A stretch of 63,615 nucleotides of DNA, the filler included, from Conidiobolus incongruus B7586 (taxonomy: Eukaryota), in the NCBI GenBank assembly GCA_000697335.1. It is 6 parts of 6 records of this genome, joined end to end, with 100 filler letters (N's around TTAATTAATTAA, not from the genome) between each part and the next. Parts side by side here need not be neighbours in the genome. Positions count along the whole stretch, not along the records: positions 21,630 to 45,283 come from JNEM01006424.1; positions 45,384 to 51,096 come from JNEM01006427.1; positions 51,197 to 61,039 come from JNEM01006429.1; 3 more parts are not named here. One strand, written 5' to 3'. Position numbers and translations under genes: made by a program. Of this stretch, positions 39,430-54,100 are shown in pieces. The first letter of the stretch is position 1. Every line of letters begins with the position of its first letter. The notes below the pieces were generated by a model. That model worked only from the letters and a program-made list of their open reading frames with translations, did no database searches and was not told the DNA's origin.

Positions 39430-39984
39430 ATTTGATTATTATTATTATTATTATTATTATTAAATGTTTTTAAATTAAAAAAAATAAAAAGCATAATATG
39501 ATTGACTTAGATTTTATATTATAATTGGTATTTTTTTAAATGAATTATTAACCAATCATAGGTTGCCAAATTGAAAACAATGTGACAATCGTTTTAGAGA
39601 AAATTTAAATAAAACAGGTTATTTATAATTTCTTTTATATATTAAATTTTAAATTTGATAAAAAATCTTATAAAAATAATTATAGATTTAAATATTAGTA
39701 AAATTTTAAATTGTTCTAATAAAATTTAAAGATTATTAAAATTGAATATTGATTTTAATTGGTTTAAAATTAATGAAATAAAAAAATTAACTAGATTGCA
39801 ACAATTCAAGAATAAATCATATATATTCATGATAAAATTCAGTGAAAATGATCAAAAAGTTGATACCTTTTATTTAAAAATAGATTTTTGATGGATAGAA
39901 TTGAAGACACTAACATTTTACAAGTTGTAAGAAATTCAGCTGTGGAAGATAAAAATACAATAGAGAAACATAAACTAAGTAGAA

Positions 39985-41102
39985 TTAAATTTGAGTGGTA
40001 TTGAAATCTTGATGGTGCACCTTAGCATACTCATTCTTACAAGTGAAACTGCAGAACTGGTAGAGGAAAGGATACGTCGGTGTACTCGTTGAAATTCTCG
40101 CGGGGACGATGGGAAGTTGCTTCCATTTGAGAATATCGACAGCTGAGTTGAAGAATGTGTTTGGGCAATGAGAGCATCGATCTTTGGGTCGTTGCTTTAA
40201 CAGTTTGAGGATTTCGGGTGGTAGCGGCATTGAATTAGTTATGGATCGGATGTCGAGTTGATTAAGTACGCGTAAGCAATGCTCTTCCAGACATAACTTG
40301 GGATTGAAGTGAATGTGCGTTATTTCCCGCTTTAATGGATCATCATTCATAGGAGGGGATGGGGGGAATGGATTCGGTATTGCATTAAATGTAACTAATT
40401 TTTTTAGATTGAATAAACTGCATGGAAGATATTCCTAAATGATAATATTAATATGTAAGTATTTATCAAAATTATTTTCCATATTCAACATACCAACTTA
40501 TTATTTCCAACTGACAATTCTCTCAAATTAACTAATTGGTCAATTGTCGAAGGTAAAAAAGTAATAGCATTTCCAGCTAAAAAAATATGTGTTAAGAACC
40601 TTATCAACTAGAACAAAACTATTTTAACTTACATAAATTTAACGAAGTCAAATTTTTAACAACTAGTAACTCTTTAGGGAATATTTCAAAACGGTTAAGA
40701 CTCAAATTTAATTCCACATCGGAACAAATGCCACTATTCGACTTGAAAGTTACAAAGTATTGTAACTCTGATACTTGTGGTAATAGTTCATAAAGTTGTA
40801 AGCCGCTATAAAAAATAAAACTTAGAATTTAGTAGATTTGATATGCTGTCAAGATACCTCAAATCTACTTCGGGATTTCCATTATCGATAGCGAAGCCAA
40901 TTCTCTGGGTAATTAAAGCCTTCAACTTGGAAGAGTTAATGGGGTGGTGATGAACATTCTTCCTAGTAGGAATGCTGTGAAAAATATTGAAGCAACTCGC
41001 TCTAAACACTTGTTAGGAGTTTGGAATACTTTTAGTCATTAAAATTCCTTACAAGTTGATTTGTTGCTGAGTTAATTCATGATTACTATGTCTTCTTCTC
41101 AT
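39985..41102 (-). CDS. Leucine-rich-repeat protein with C-terminal Cys cluster (5 exons)
   Basis: Spliced translation gives LNLSLNRFEIFPKEL, LTSLNLSGNAITFLPSTIDQL, LRELSVGNNKLEYLPCSL. C-terminal CSHC...FCSFTC. Confidence 0.85.
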
Positions 41103-44086
41103 CTATAATTTTTTCTTCAATTTAAAATAAAAAAAGAGAACTTGATGAATCACTTGGAATTGATTAAATGCCTAATTTTTCTGTTGGCAAAGATCACCCC
41201 ATTTCAATTTAAAAATTAAGTAATCCTATCTTTTTAGTAATGGTGCTCCTAACCTTATCCCTTTATGGAAATAAACTTGTTACAATAAGAAATTGTGACT
41301 CTCATCAATATTTCAACCTTAACAAATTTTTTTCACATTAGTTTCTAAAACAATATTGAAATTGACAGTATTTATTATCAGTAATTTTAGTTTAGTGAAT
41401 GGTCAAATTGAAATTGAAATTACAGTGTATATTAAAATTGAAATTGTCAATTAAATTCATGAGAATTTTGGAAGGATTTAACCTTGTGGAAATGAAAGAC
41501 CCTTCGTAGGAAAATTAGTCCGAATTGAATTAAAATTAAATTTTTAATTAATTCCAATTATAATAAATAGCTCAAGTATAAAAAATAGAATGTCTCAATA
41601 TATTTAAATTTTAATAATCTAATCACTATTATAAAATATTAAAAGCATATGTACTTAAATAAACTTATTATAAATTTATCAATTCTATCAACTATTCAAC
41701 TCTAATTAATTTTATCACTATTTATCAAAATTTAATATTCAATTATTATGAAAGCATCAATATTTCTAATAATTATTCCAGTAAGATCAGGAAAAATTAT
41801 ATTATACCTAGGAACCAATTATAGTTTTAATATTCTCGAACCTTCTATTATCTTTGATAACATTTTATTCAATAAATATTCAAAAATCAACTAACTGTTA
41901 TGTAATTTAAAATTTTAATTGCGTTTTTGAATAATTGACATTAAAATATTCAGTAATAGAATTTGTCATATGATTATAAATTATTAGTTAAAATAATGAT
42001 TATGTTAATTCAAGATACTTTTTAAATGATAATTTATGTATTTCCAAAAAAGAGTTGAATATACGTGTTCAATCATTTTGACATGGATGAACAATCTGTT
42101 TAATTTGAAAGTTAGCTTTATATCAGTGACTAATATTTATTCCCAAAAACTTCATCATGAACTAGATAACATTTTAGGTATTGAAAATAATGGTAAATAG
42201 TCACAATCATTTGGGTGATATATACATAATGTTGGAAGAGAAATTACAAGGTAGGCTTATTCACATTGTAATTAATATATTATTTACAAACTATTGACAG
42301 TGGACCATTATATATATTTATATTTTATTAATGCAAATACCGTCATTAATATCTTATCTTTTAAGATTAGTTGAAATATTAATAACTTCAAAACTTATCA
42401 AAAATATTAATACTATTTTGTTAAAATAATGAAATTATTTTTTAATATTTAACTAGTATTAATATATGAATTTTATTTATTTACACTGGAATTTTCAAAC
42501 CATTTTCATTTGAAATTTTTAATAATATTGTACAAATTCTAATCCAAATTATTTCAATATTTCACAAGTCGTTTAATCTAATATTGTATATTTTTTGCTA
42601 ATTTTAATTAATTTATTTCAATATACAACTTAATATGGTTAGTAAAATAAAAAGTTTTAATGTATCATTTGAAAGCTCTGATAAATTAGTAATATCAATA
42701 AAATAATAATTTGACAGGTTGGAATAATTATTATAATTAATTTTAAAGTACTATATATCATGTTAAACTCTAATTTAACCCATCAGATTAAATCTATATT
42801 TATCACCCAATATTTGATAATATTTGTTCATTGATACTTGATAATTTATATATTAAATTCAAATTATTCCAAAAAAAATGTTTTGAAAAATATATTTTGT
42901 CAGGTGTATAATCTTTATAAAAACTAATTCAATAATGAAGATTTTAATATACTATTCATATAATTATTTATTTTTTAAATCTATAAGAAAATTAAAAATA
43001 GCATATTAATAATTTATCAAAATTTTATTTAATAGATCTTGATCATATAGATATATAATATTTCATCCCAATATGTATATTAATCCCTTACTAGTGAAAA
43101 ATCTTAAAATAATACTTAAAGGTGGCAATAAATATGGTGATTTAGTGTTATTTAATCTCAACAACTATTTTGAAATTTCAATTATCATTACTTAGATAAA
43201 TATAACATGAAATTATTATTTTTTAAAGATTTTTAATATTTATATTGGTATATTCTTTTTCCAAAAAAGGTAATCATTTATAATGAGATAATAGATGGAT
43301 TTGAATTTACCTTAATATATTTTGAAATTATAACTCAGATAATGATTTGGTTATAAAATAGCACTATATTTGGTTTTACATTAAAGAAGCATTCACACTT
43401 GGTGTCATTGATTTTTATCATTTAAGTAATTAGTAACCTAAATTAAAACATAATAAATTTTCGAATTTTGGTAATGATATTTAGTGTTACGATATTTTTA
43501 ATACTATTTAAATTATTAGCCACATTTCAATATTTTTAATTTTAATTTTTATACAACAAATAAATCTGTGATATATTTGATATAATAACTATTAATAACT
43601 GTTTTACTGATTTAATGAATATACTAGTTGATTCAACTTTAATGAAGTGCTTTGATATGAGATTAGTAATTTTAATATTCGTTACCAAATCAATAATATC
43701 TTTTTTTCAATATATAATAGATTAACTCATATTGATATTATACATAGAGATAATCATATTTTTAAAATTAATTAATAAAAGTTATTATATAAATTTATTT
43801 TAAAATATAATTCCTTTATAAGATTAAAAAAAATTTTTTTTCAATAATTATCCATAAAAAATCGTCACTTGGCAATTTATTAAAACAAATGTGACAATTA
43901 TCTGTTTGAAAATTAAAATAGGTCATTGATTATCTTTCACTCTTATTCTCATAAACTTAAATACCTTTTTATTAATTACAAAAAATTTATATCATTAATA
44001 TTAAATATATTATTATCAATAATATTATAGATTTTTATACTGTTTATATAGTCCAATATTTTTTAATAATATATTGATATTTCATT

Positions 44087-44791
44087 ATGTCCAATTTAGC
44101 TAATTTCAGTCCTTATACCCCATCTCCCGATGAAGGTAGAAGTTATCAATACCAACCCATTAAAGATTCTCCATCTAGTTCTTACAACCGTAATTTCAAC
44201 TCTTCCGGTATTGGCTCATCTACTGGCTATCAAAACGGTAAACCTCTAGCTGTTGAAGAAGAAGGAGGCACTCGAGTGAATGTGTATGAAACTTCATTGC
44301 CTCTTTCTTTTGACGTTGAAGCTGCTTTAGTTTATGTATTTGGTTGTGTTACAGGTAATTTAGATTTTTTTTCTTCTTATTTAATATTTATATAAATAAT
44401 TATAAATTTAAAAATTTAGGTGTTTTATTTTTAATTTTAGAACAAAAAAATGATTACGTTAGATTTCACGCTTGGCAAAGTTGTATTTTAGGTGTATTCT
44501 CATTGGTAATGAATATATAAAATAAGTATTTATAATCTATTTACCTTTATGTATTTAGGCTATTCACTTTATTTTAATGTTTATATCTACTACCCTCTAC
44601 TGGATCTTTTTCTCTCTAACTGTAGTCCTATCAATTTGGTTATCGTAAGTTAATTATAATTTATTCAATGAATATATAAACTAATAATTGAATATTTAAG
44701 GTATCGAGCTTATTACGATGGCGAAAATTTAGTTCGTTATCATTTACCATTTATTGGGGAATACGCTTCTAAATGGACTAATGAAGAGTAA
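44087..44791 (+). CDS. Small membrane protein of the RFHAWQS (DUF4870/Tic20-like) type, 4 exons
   Basis: VNVYETSLPL..DVEAALVYVFGCVTG|VLFLILEQKNDYVRFHAWQS...YRAYYDGENLVRYHLPFIGEYASKWTNEE*. Confidence 0.85.
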
Positions 44792-45283
44792 ACAATTATT
44801 GCATATTTCTCAATCTTCGATAATTTTTAATATTCTTACATTCAATTAATAATTCAATTCATATAATAATTATTTACATTATTATTATTCTTTTTCTAAT
44901 TTGTTCATTGAATTATTTCTCATTTGAGTAAAATAATAATTCTATCTAGAGTCAGTTTTCTGTTGATTAGGTGAGATATTGTAGCTATATTATTGTAATA
45001 TATTTTATATAGTAATTAAATTTCATTATTATAATTTATAACAATTCTCATCAATTTGTAAATGATCAGTTTATCAAAAAAGAGTAATTTAAATTTTTTA
45101 AAGCTTTTTATCTAACAATATTTTCTTCTAATATTTTAAAAATTAATAAAAATTATTTAATTTATATGATATTCTCATATTATTAATTAAATACAAGTTT
45201 CTATTTCAAATACTTTAAATATTATTTATACAACAAAATTTGTTTCAATATACCATTATTTTATATAAGCATAATATATATAT

Positions 45284-45383
45284 NNNNNNNNNNNNNNNNN
45301 NNNNNNNNNNNNNNNNNNNNNNNNNNNTTAATTAATTAANNNNNNNNNNNNNNNNNNNNNNNNNNNNNNNNNNNNNNNNNNNN
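45284..45383. other. Artificial assembly linker
   Basis: N44-TTAATTAATTAA-N44. Confidence 0.97.
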
Positions 45384-46905
45384 TAATAACTAAAACAATT
45401 GTATATATTAAATTACTTGAAACTATAATATATAATTAAGGTATATTATTTAATAATAAATAAATATATTTAGATATATTTAGTAAACTATTAGCAAAAA
45501 TATTAACCCTTAATATTTAACCAAGGTGAGTTATAAATTTGCAGGTTTTTGAGATAAAGGGATATATTTAACAATATATAACCATATCTTTTTTCTCTCT
45601 TTGCTATTATTTTATATAATATTTTATAAATATACTAAATTTTTTTATTAGTATCATTATACCTAAATCCCTCTCTAAAAAAATCCACTTGTACATTAAT
45701 TAACTTTATAAAAAAGGTAAATCAACTTATAATATTGTTAGAATTACTAGTGTTAGCTAGTTTACTATAGCTAAAGCTATTAAGAATAGCAATAAAGAAA
45801 CATTTAAACCTAAACTTAAGTATGTTAAAATCATAGATAAACATAATAAGAAGTATATTTATAGGTTAGTTAATATAAACAAGTGTGGTACTACTATAAA
45901 AACATAGCAGGAACTATAAAACTATACAAGAATATTAGTTAACACTGATACTATTATATATACTTTATATTAACATAGATACTACTTACACCTCAAGAAA
46001 AAACACCCCCAACTAAAAAAATCCTACTATAAAGCTAGGTGGGAGTTTAAATATCACTATTAATATTAAACTGAAACTAATTAGAGTAAGGTTATTTAAT
46101 CTAATGAAACAAAAATATACTTTAGTAAATTTAATAGAAAAGCTAAATGTTTTAGAAAAGATATAAAACTACTTTGTGACTATTATATTAATTCTACCCA
46201 AAAGTATAATAGTAGGTTAATTATTATTTAAAGATGTATATTGTTTTTAGGTGTAGGGTATCTTTGTAAAGTTAATAAGGGAATTAATACTGAGATATAC
46301 TAAAGTATTCTAAACAATGAATTAAAAAAAACCATTGAATAATATAGGTTAAACAAATCTGATGTTATTTTCTAGTAAGATAATGCCTTTTGTTATACTA
46401 TAGCTTCTATTACCAAATAGTTTAAAAATAACAAGATAACAGTTATGAAGTAGCTTTTTCAATTTCTTAACTTTAATCTAATTAAACACCTTTAGGATTA
46501 GTTAAAAAAAGCTATTAAAGCTTTCCCCTCAACAAAAAATTTAAATCAACTTTAAAAATATGTTTAAGAAGTATAGAACAAGATTAACCCTTCTTAGTGT
46601 AAGAAGTTAATTGATTCTATACCCTACAAACTTAAAGAAGTTAGAAAAGTTAAAGGTAAATATACTAGGTTTTAATTTTTTTTTATCACCAAAAACCTGC
46701 AAATTTATAACTCACTTTAGGTAAAATTTAAGGGTTTATATTTTAGCCAATTAATAGCTAAATATCATCATTTAATGATATATATAACTAATAAATATAA
46801 TAGATTTTAATTATTTAATTTAGGTTTATTTTATTAAATATTAATTAAGTTATTAGTAAAAATATAGGTGTTTTTGATTTTATGACTCACTTTTGTGGGT
46901 CAGTG
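45384..46905 (+). mobile_element. Degenerate Tc1-family (DD34E-type) transposon with long inverted repeats; left end lost in the gap
   Basis: Ruined ORF ~45659-46675 with HTH, F(QQ)DNA(P)C(H)T, (WPS)Q(SPDL)N(P)I(E)HL(W) and S(M)P..L..V.K.KG..T.F*. Perfect 26-bp inversion 45526-45551 / 46690-46715. Ends CAGTG-TA. Confidence 0.88.
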
Positions 46906-47654
46906 TATATATTTTATTTACTTTTATATTAATTTGAATTTTAATTTAAATATATATTATTATCTTTTAATATTTTAATAAACTTTATATTGTTTTTAAA
47001 TAAGTCTAAAAAAATGTTAATATTAAATTATAAAATTATAAAATTATTTTTTTTCCTTTTATTAAAAGATATAGGTGATATTTATATTATTTCTAAATTT
47101 TAATATCCTTAAATAGCTATAAATTTAAAATAACCTCAATAAAACCAGTTTTTTTCAAATTTTTCAGCTTAAATTTAATCAAAGTGATTAATAATATTGT
47201 AGTTCAGAAGCCTTTCGCCGACATTTATTACTTGTAAATTTATTATGAACAGTTGACATAGTATGTTTTGCATAAAATAGTACTTTAATTAAATTCTCTT
47301 TGTTCCACTTTAATAAAATTTCAAATTTTATTATTTTTAGTTAAATTGACTTTTGTTAAAATTTTTATAGAGTTATACTATATATATATGATAAATGATT
47401 AGATTATTAATACTTATTTAAAATTATACTAATATAACAGTGAAAAAAATATAATTGATAGAATAAAATTTGATTTTAATATAGAAAATTATTTTTTTGA
47501 ACAACTAGTATTACTATAAAATGCAGCTTTATTCATTATAGAAATGATATGTATAATGGATCTAATATTAAAATCAGTTTTATAATTTCTATAGTTCAAA
47601 TATGATAATGTAATGTAAAATTTTTTCTATATGTTATTAATATTTGAGTTACTT

Positions 47655-47970
47655 AATAATAACCTGCTCAATCAGCCACTCGAAACCTACTACCTTATGG
47701 AGATATAAACACCGAATACCCGCCAGATCACTTCAAGTTCTCATTTTTCTAAAGACATGATATGAATTTTTACACCACTCGGAGCTGACAAATGGCCTAT
47801 AAAAGTACCATAGTCTGGATATAATTTCATCATCACCTTTGGTCTTCGGTGAAGCCCATAAAATTCTTTACAAACATTAATAAAATAATTTAAATTATCA
47901 AACAATCCACAGGCATGTCACCCTACTTCCTATTAATAACTTTACACCAGAAATTGACATAACCCTATTA
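47655..47970 (+). repeat. ~300 bp dispersed repeat, solo-LTR-like (family B), copy 2
   Basis: Homologous to 13162-13467. Termini decayed. Confidence 0.65.
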
Positions 47971-49587
47971 TTATATTTATAATGATTTTTAGTAATATTA
48001 TTTGTCAATATAATAATTTTGCATTTCAATTATTTTTGCAATTATAAAAGATGTGAATATTAAATAATTTAATAAATTATTTTAACTATTAAGGTAAATC
48101 TAATATATAATTAAATTTGTTATAAAAATATATTCAAATTAATTATTTAATATATTCTATATATCAATTTAAGCATTAAATTGTTTTTTAATACAATATA
48201 AAAAAATTTAGAAAATAAACTATAAGATTTATTCTGGTAACTATATAGTAATCAGCCATTATATATCATTTAAAATTATGTGAAACATTCAATTTTATTC
48301 TGTTTTCATAAAAACAACAAAACAATTTTAATATTATATTATGAATAATTTATTTGCTATAATTGAATTGATAAAAAACCTTAGTGATTTAATATTAGAT
48401 ATATATTGATTACAGATAATAATATACACATATAAATTAATCATTATATGATGGAATTATAAAAATAAATATTTAATTATTATACTTAATTTTGAATATT
48501 TAAAACCATGAGTTTGATATATATATATATAATACACATCTTATATTTCAACTTTGTTCAAAATTTTTGATATCAATATATTTATAATTTCTTACACTCC
48601 AAACTTTTAGAATGTATATAATATCTCTTGCCTAATAATTATATATTTATTACCATTAGTGTTTTAAGATGATAAAAATATAAATAATTGATAGTTTGAC
48701 TGATCAATTTTATTTTTTATTTTTTATTTTTTAATCCTTTAAATTAAAAATATAAGTGTGATTTAATATTACTTACATCCTATTGTAATTTGATTTAAAT
48801 TGACATTTTTTTTCAAATTAATTATTTAAAAATAGTTTGAAATAATTAATAAAAATTGATTGGAAAATTATAATTTGATGTTATTGAATTTAGATATTAA
48901 TATTAATCGGAGTGTCTAGGATGAAGTGATATTTATTTTTTCATTAATACCTAGCTAAATGACTTGGCGTTTAATATTAAAAAGATAATATGCGTATGTA
49001 ATAATATTATTCATAAAATAAATTAAAGATTAATAATATGAATTATATCAAAAATAATTAATAATAAATGCTAAAGTAACTAATGAAGCATCAGATATGA
49101 AATGAAGCTGGTTAGTTTCTTTAGTTTGTATTTTATAATATTATTACTAGGAAATAGTATTTATTTTTTGTAAAAGGATCAAAGATACACTTCTTGAAGA
49201 GTTGGTATACTAGTTACAAGCCAATTTCAGTTTATTTCTAACAAGTGAATACAATATTAATCACTTTTTGTCTTGGTAGTATAACTAATTAATATAAACA
49301 TTATAAAATCATATTTTGCTTAAATCCTTTGATATCTTAATTTTTAATCAGAAAATGTATCTAGAATACTCTAGAATTTAAACTATGTTACATATCAATA
49401 AAAAGAAGCAAAAATAAAAATGAAAAAGATGAAATTAATACAACTATATATTTTATCGTTATAAAAATGAATATTAAGCTATTTATTGTACAGCAAGATA
49501 AAAATCTGAGGAATATGCGTTATATGTTAAATGGCTGTCAAACCAAGTTCGGAAAAAGGATAATAGAAGAAATACAAATAAAGGAGT

Positions 49588-49929
<342 letters not shown>

Positions 49930-50150
49930 CTAAAGAAATTTGGGGAAGTAGTAGGGTTTAAATAATTAAAAACAATTTTAAAAGTGATTGAAATTCGAAT
50001 TTAAATTTATTAATTCTAGTTTAATTTTTTTTAAAATTAAAAACGAATCAATTCTTTTAACATTCGAAACTTTCTTAATTTAGCAACTCGATTAGATCAT
50101 GCCATGAGTTAAAATCCAATTTCAATTTTTCTATTAGGGTAACTCATTTA

Positions 50151-50240
50151 TCCAATCATCACGCGTTTTAATATCTACTATTTTATCCAATCAATTACAT
50201 ATATAAATTTTATTCCAAGTTTTTACGCGTGATGATTTGA
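50151..50240. promoter_or_regulatory. Histone H4 upstream element: inverted CCAAT+ACGCGT (MCB-like) modules
   Basis: tccaatcatcacgcgt (50151-50166) and acgcgtgatgatttga (50225-50240) form a 15/16 inverted pair. Extra tccaatca at 50186-50193. Confidence 0.65.
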
Positions 50241-51096
50241 TAATTAATTGAGATCAAAATAAATCTTTTTCAATTAATTTGTTTTTTATAGATTCTAAAT
50301 TTTGTTATCATACCTTATTCAATTCTTATTATTTTAAATAGAAAAATAAAAAATTATTTTAATATTAATAAAATTTTATTCTTTTAAAAAAAAGAACTTA
50401 TGTTGCTTTTATTCTGTTTACTCATTTATTTAATTTATATAGCAATATAATATAATTTCACTACTCTTTCCTTTTATAGTACTTTAATAATTTTATTATT
50501 TTCTATTTACTATATCTTTTTTGCTTTTCTCTAATCTGTATAAATTTAAATTAAATCTAATTAGTTATTAGACTCAATTTACATATGTATATCAATCAAT
50601 TTCTTTTATTTAATATTATATTATAATCTATTTATTTTTAATTATTAATCTAATTTATTTCACGAATATAATTTTTGATTTTTTTATATAATATAATGAT
50701 TTTGAAATTATATTAACTACTGTAATTTCTATTAAATTATATCAAATAATTTGAATTAAATAATTTAATATAATTTTTTGATATAGTTTTATTTGTTTTA
50801 AAAAAATCATTTTTAAATTTTATAATTTAAAATATATTAATTTCAAAAATAACTTTATAAACATTTAAATCTCCTTAATCTCTATATAAAATTTTGAAAC
50901 TATTTAATATTTAATAAATAAATTTTTGGTTGAAATAAATTTAGTATAGATATAAAGATTTATAATAAAGTTAAATTTATATAACTATATATCAATAGAA
51001 AAATTTATAATTAAAAAATTTTTATTTGGTTTAAAAGATATTCAAAATTAATTATAATGATAATAATTTCATTAAAATAATTGATTTTATATTTTT

Positions 51097-51196
51097 NNNN
51101 NNNNNNNNNNNNNNNNNNNNNNNNNNNNNNNNNNNNNNNNTTAATTAATTAANNNNNNNNNNNNNNNNNNNNNNNNNNNNNNNNNNNNNNNNNNNN
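51097..51196. other. Artificial assembly linker
   Basis: N44-TTAATTAATTAA-N44. Confidence 0.97.
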
Positions 51197-54100
51197 TAAT
51201 GGCATTTAATATAATTACTTTTGATACTTTATTCACGGATTTTGAAATAGAGTTGTAAATTATCTGATATACTATTAATTAATCATTTAAATTTAGTATT
51301 CTAGTGTTTATAAATTATTCATCAAATTTATTAGAATAATTTAATATGGAAATTTTTTGATTAATATTGGAGTTTTCAAATTATTAATATATAAAGGATT
51401 TAATACGCTGTATTTAATAACTCTATATTTAATATATACTTTTATTAGCACCATCAATATTCAATAATCTGTTCAATTTTAAAAAAAATAACTTGGATAT
51501 ATATTTTAATACAGCAATTCTTTTGAAATATTGTTAAGTAAATAATTTATGTAGAATTTATTCTATACTTAAAATTTTACCTAATTGAAATTTAACAAGT
51601 CAAGTTAATATACCAATATTATTTTAGTAAGAAATAGGAAATAAGTTACTCGATAAAATACTCATCAAAAGGATTTCCAATGTTTTATATCAAAATATCA
51701 ATCAATTAGTTTTCATCACAATAAAATACATATTATATTCTTTTGAAAATTGAATAGAATTTCTTCAATATATAGCTAAATTTAGTATGTGACTATTATC
51801 AGAAACAAAGCTTCACTTATATTTATATAGAAATACTTAGAGCAAATACTTTTCAACTTTTCTCAAAATTAATTAATTTTAATTATATACAATAATAATA
51901 TTTTATGATTATATATCCAATTACCTACTAAATTAACATGTCTTTAATAATTTTACATATTACATATTTAGCTAGATAAAGGATTTGATTTATAAATGAT
52001 TCTATTACGTTGTTTAAATATTTTTTTTTCGATCAAGGAAAAAAATTCAATTCCTTAAAATTAATAAATATTCTTATATTAGAATAAAATCTTTAAAAAT
52101 ATTGATTCATACCTTTATGTAAATAATCTAGCATATACAGCTAGCTATTTAGCAAACTTTGAGATATTATATATATATTACAGCTCAAGCAAAAGATAAT
52201 TTTCAAATGATATATTATTTTTACATATTTGAGTGAAATTTCTGCAATTAAATTTATATTGGTTTTCTAATTTGAATTTATATAATTGGATATATAAATA
52301 TACCTACGCTTATTTCTCTAAATACCAACTGAAACAACTTTTATTAAATATGATAATAATTTAAAAGTAATTGATATTTAAAATCTATCGTAATTTGCAA
52401 TTATTATATTATTTAATTAAATTTTATTATAATCTTTTTTAAAATCATTATGATAAAATTATAATTCAAATATTTGTTGTTATATACTTTATAATTTGAA
52501 ATATTTTACTCGAGATAATTTATTCTAACATTTAATATATAATGGTACTTAACTTAAAATTGATTATAGCATAGTGTATTTAGTGAAATCATAATCTACT
52601 TAATAAATATTATATATAGTATAACTATTATATTCTGATCTCAAGAAAGATTTATTAGAAAATACCTGTATATTGATTGATCCAGCAAAGGAATAACCCT
52701 TTCATACCCTATTCTTGAAGCCTCGACTCCCATACTATCACAATGAGTTATTTGAATTTGAATTAATTTAAATTGAATAACAATGAAATTATTATAAATT
52801 AAAAAGTTTATATTTTTAAGATTATATAAAATGTGTTAAAGTGTATTGTATAAAAATTTATGATAAATATACTTAATATTAAGTTTGATAATCTTCAATA
52901 TTTATCATATTAAAGATTTGGCTATATTGATAAATTTTCATTTATAATATAATATTCTATAAATAATTATTTTAGAATATATTATTAAAACCCATTTTTT
53001 CTCAATATATAATATCATAGTTGTTTTTAATTATTTATTAGATATACACTGAATAAACCTTAAGACTGAAATATGTATCATAATAGATATATTAGATAGT
53101 GAAATATATAATTCAACATTACCTGTGAAATATAATAATAATCTTTTGGTAACATCAAAAAAATAGATATATCTCAAATGCCGTATATATGTTATTTTAA
53201 AAAATATTGATTTTCATATATTTTTTATTCCTATATTTAATTGCATTGATCAATTTTGTATCAACCTTATTCTTAAACCATATTCAATATTAATTTGATA
53301 ATTATTTGAGTTATCAAACTTTATTTTCTGTCCATTCTTTTTTAATCAATAAACTGATTTAAATTAGTATTTTTAACAATTTTACATACGACTATTCATT
53401 AAAATTTCAACATCAGATAAATATTTAAGTATATGTTAATTAATTCGTCCATTATTCTTCTAATAATTACATATATTTAAAACAAAGAATAATAGGATCA
53501 TATGTTAAATAAGAAAAATAAATTATTTATTATATATTTATCTATATGATATATGAATCTAAAAAATAAAAAAAAAAATCTGCTATTTCTTATAATTTGA
53601 TTTTTAAATATCCAATACTCAAAGAGTTGCTAAGAACAAGTGTAAGCATATCTAACCATCCATTGAATTCCTCAAAAAGATGGTGTTTGTCCTCAAAAAT
53701 TGAAATTTTTAATATGTTTTAAATGAATAAGTTGATAACTAATTTAATGTGCACCCCTTTTCCTTATTTACGATAGATCAATATATCCGAAGTTCAGCTT
53801 CAAGAATACCACCAATATATTAGTGCCCTTCCGATAAGCACTATTTATGAAAATAGTGTATAAGACAAGAAAACAAAATTGAGGATTTATCAGTATTAAA
53901 ATCAAATATGATTATCATTTATCTAATTGTAACACCATATTCGAACCTAATAAGTTTTTAAATAAAAATAACAAATTATGACAAAATCTTTCAATATAAT
54001 GTGTAATAATATTATGTCAATTATTTTCAATTAAGACTATATTTAGCAAAAATAATAATAGAATAAATGAATTACGAACAAATACAATTCAGTTGAAATT

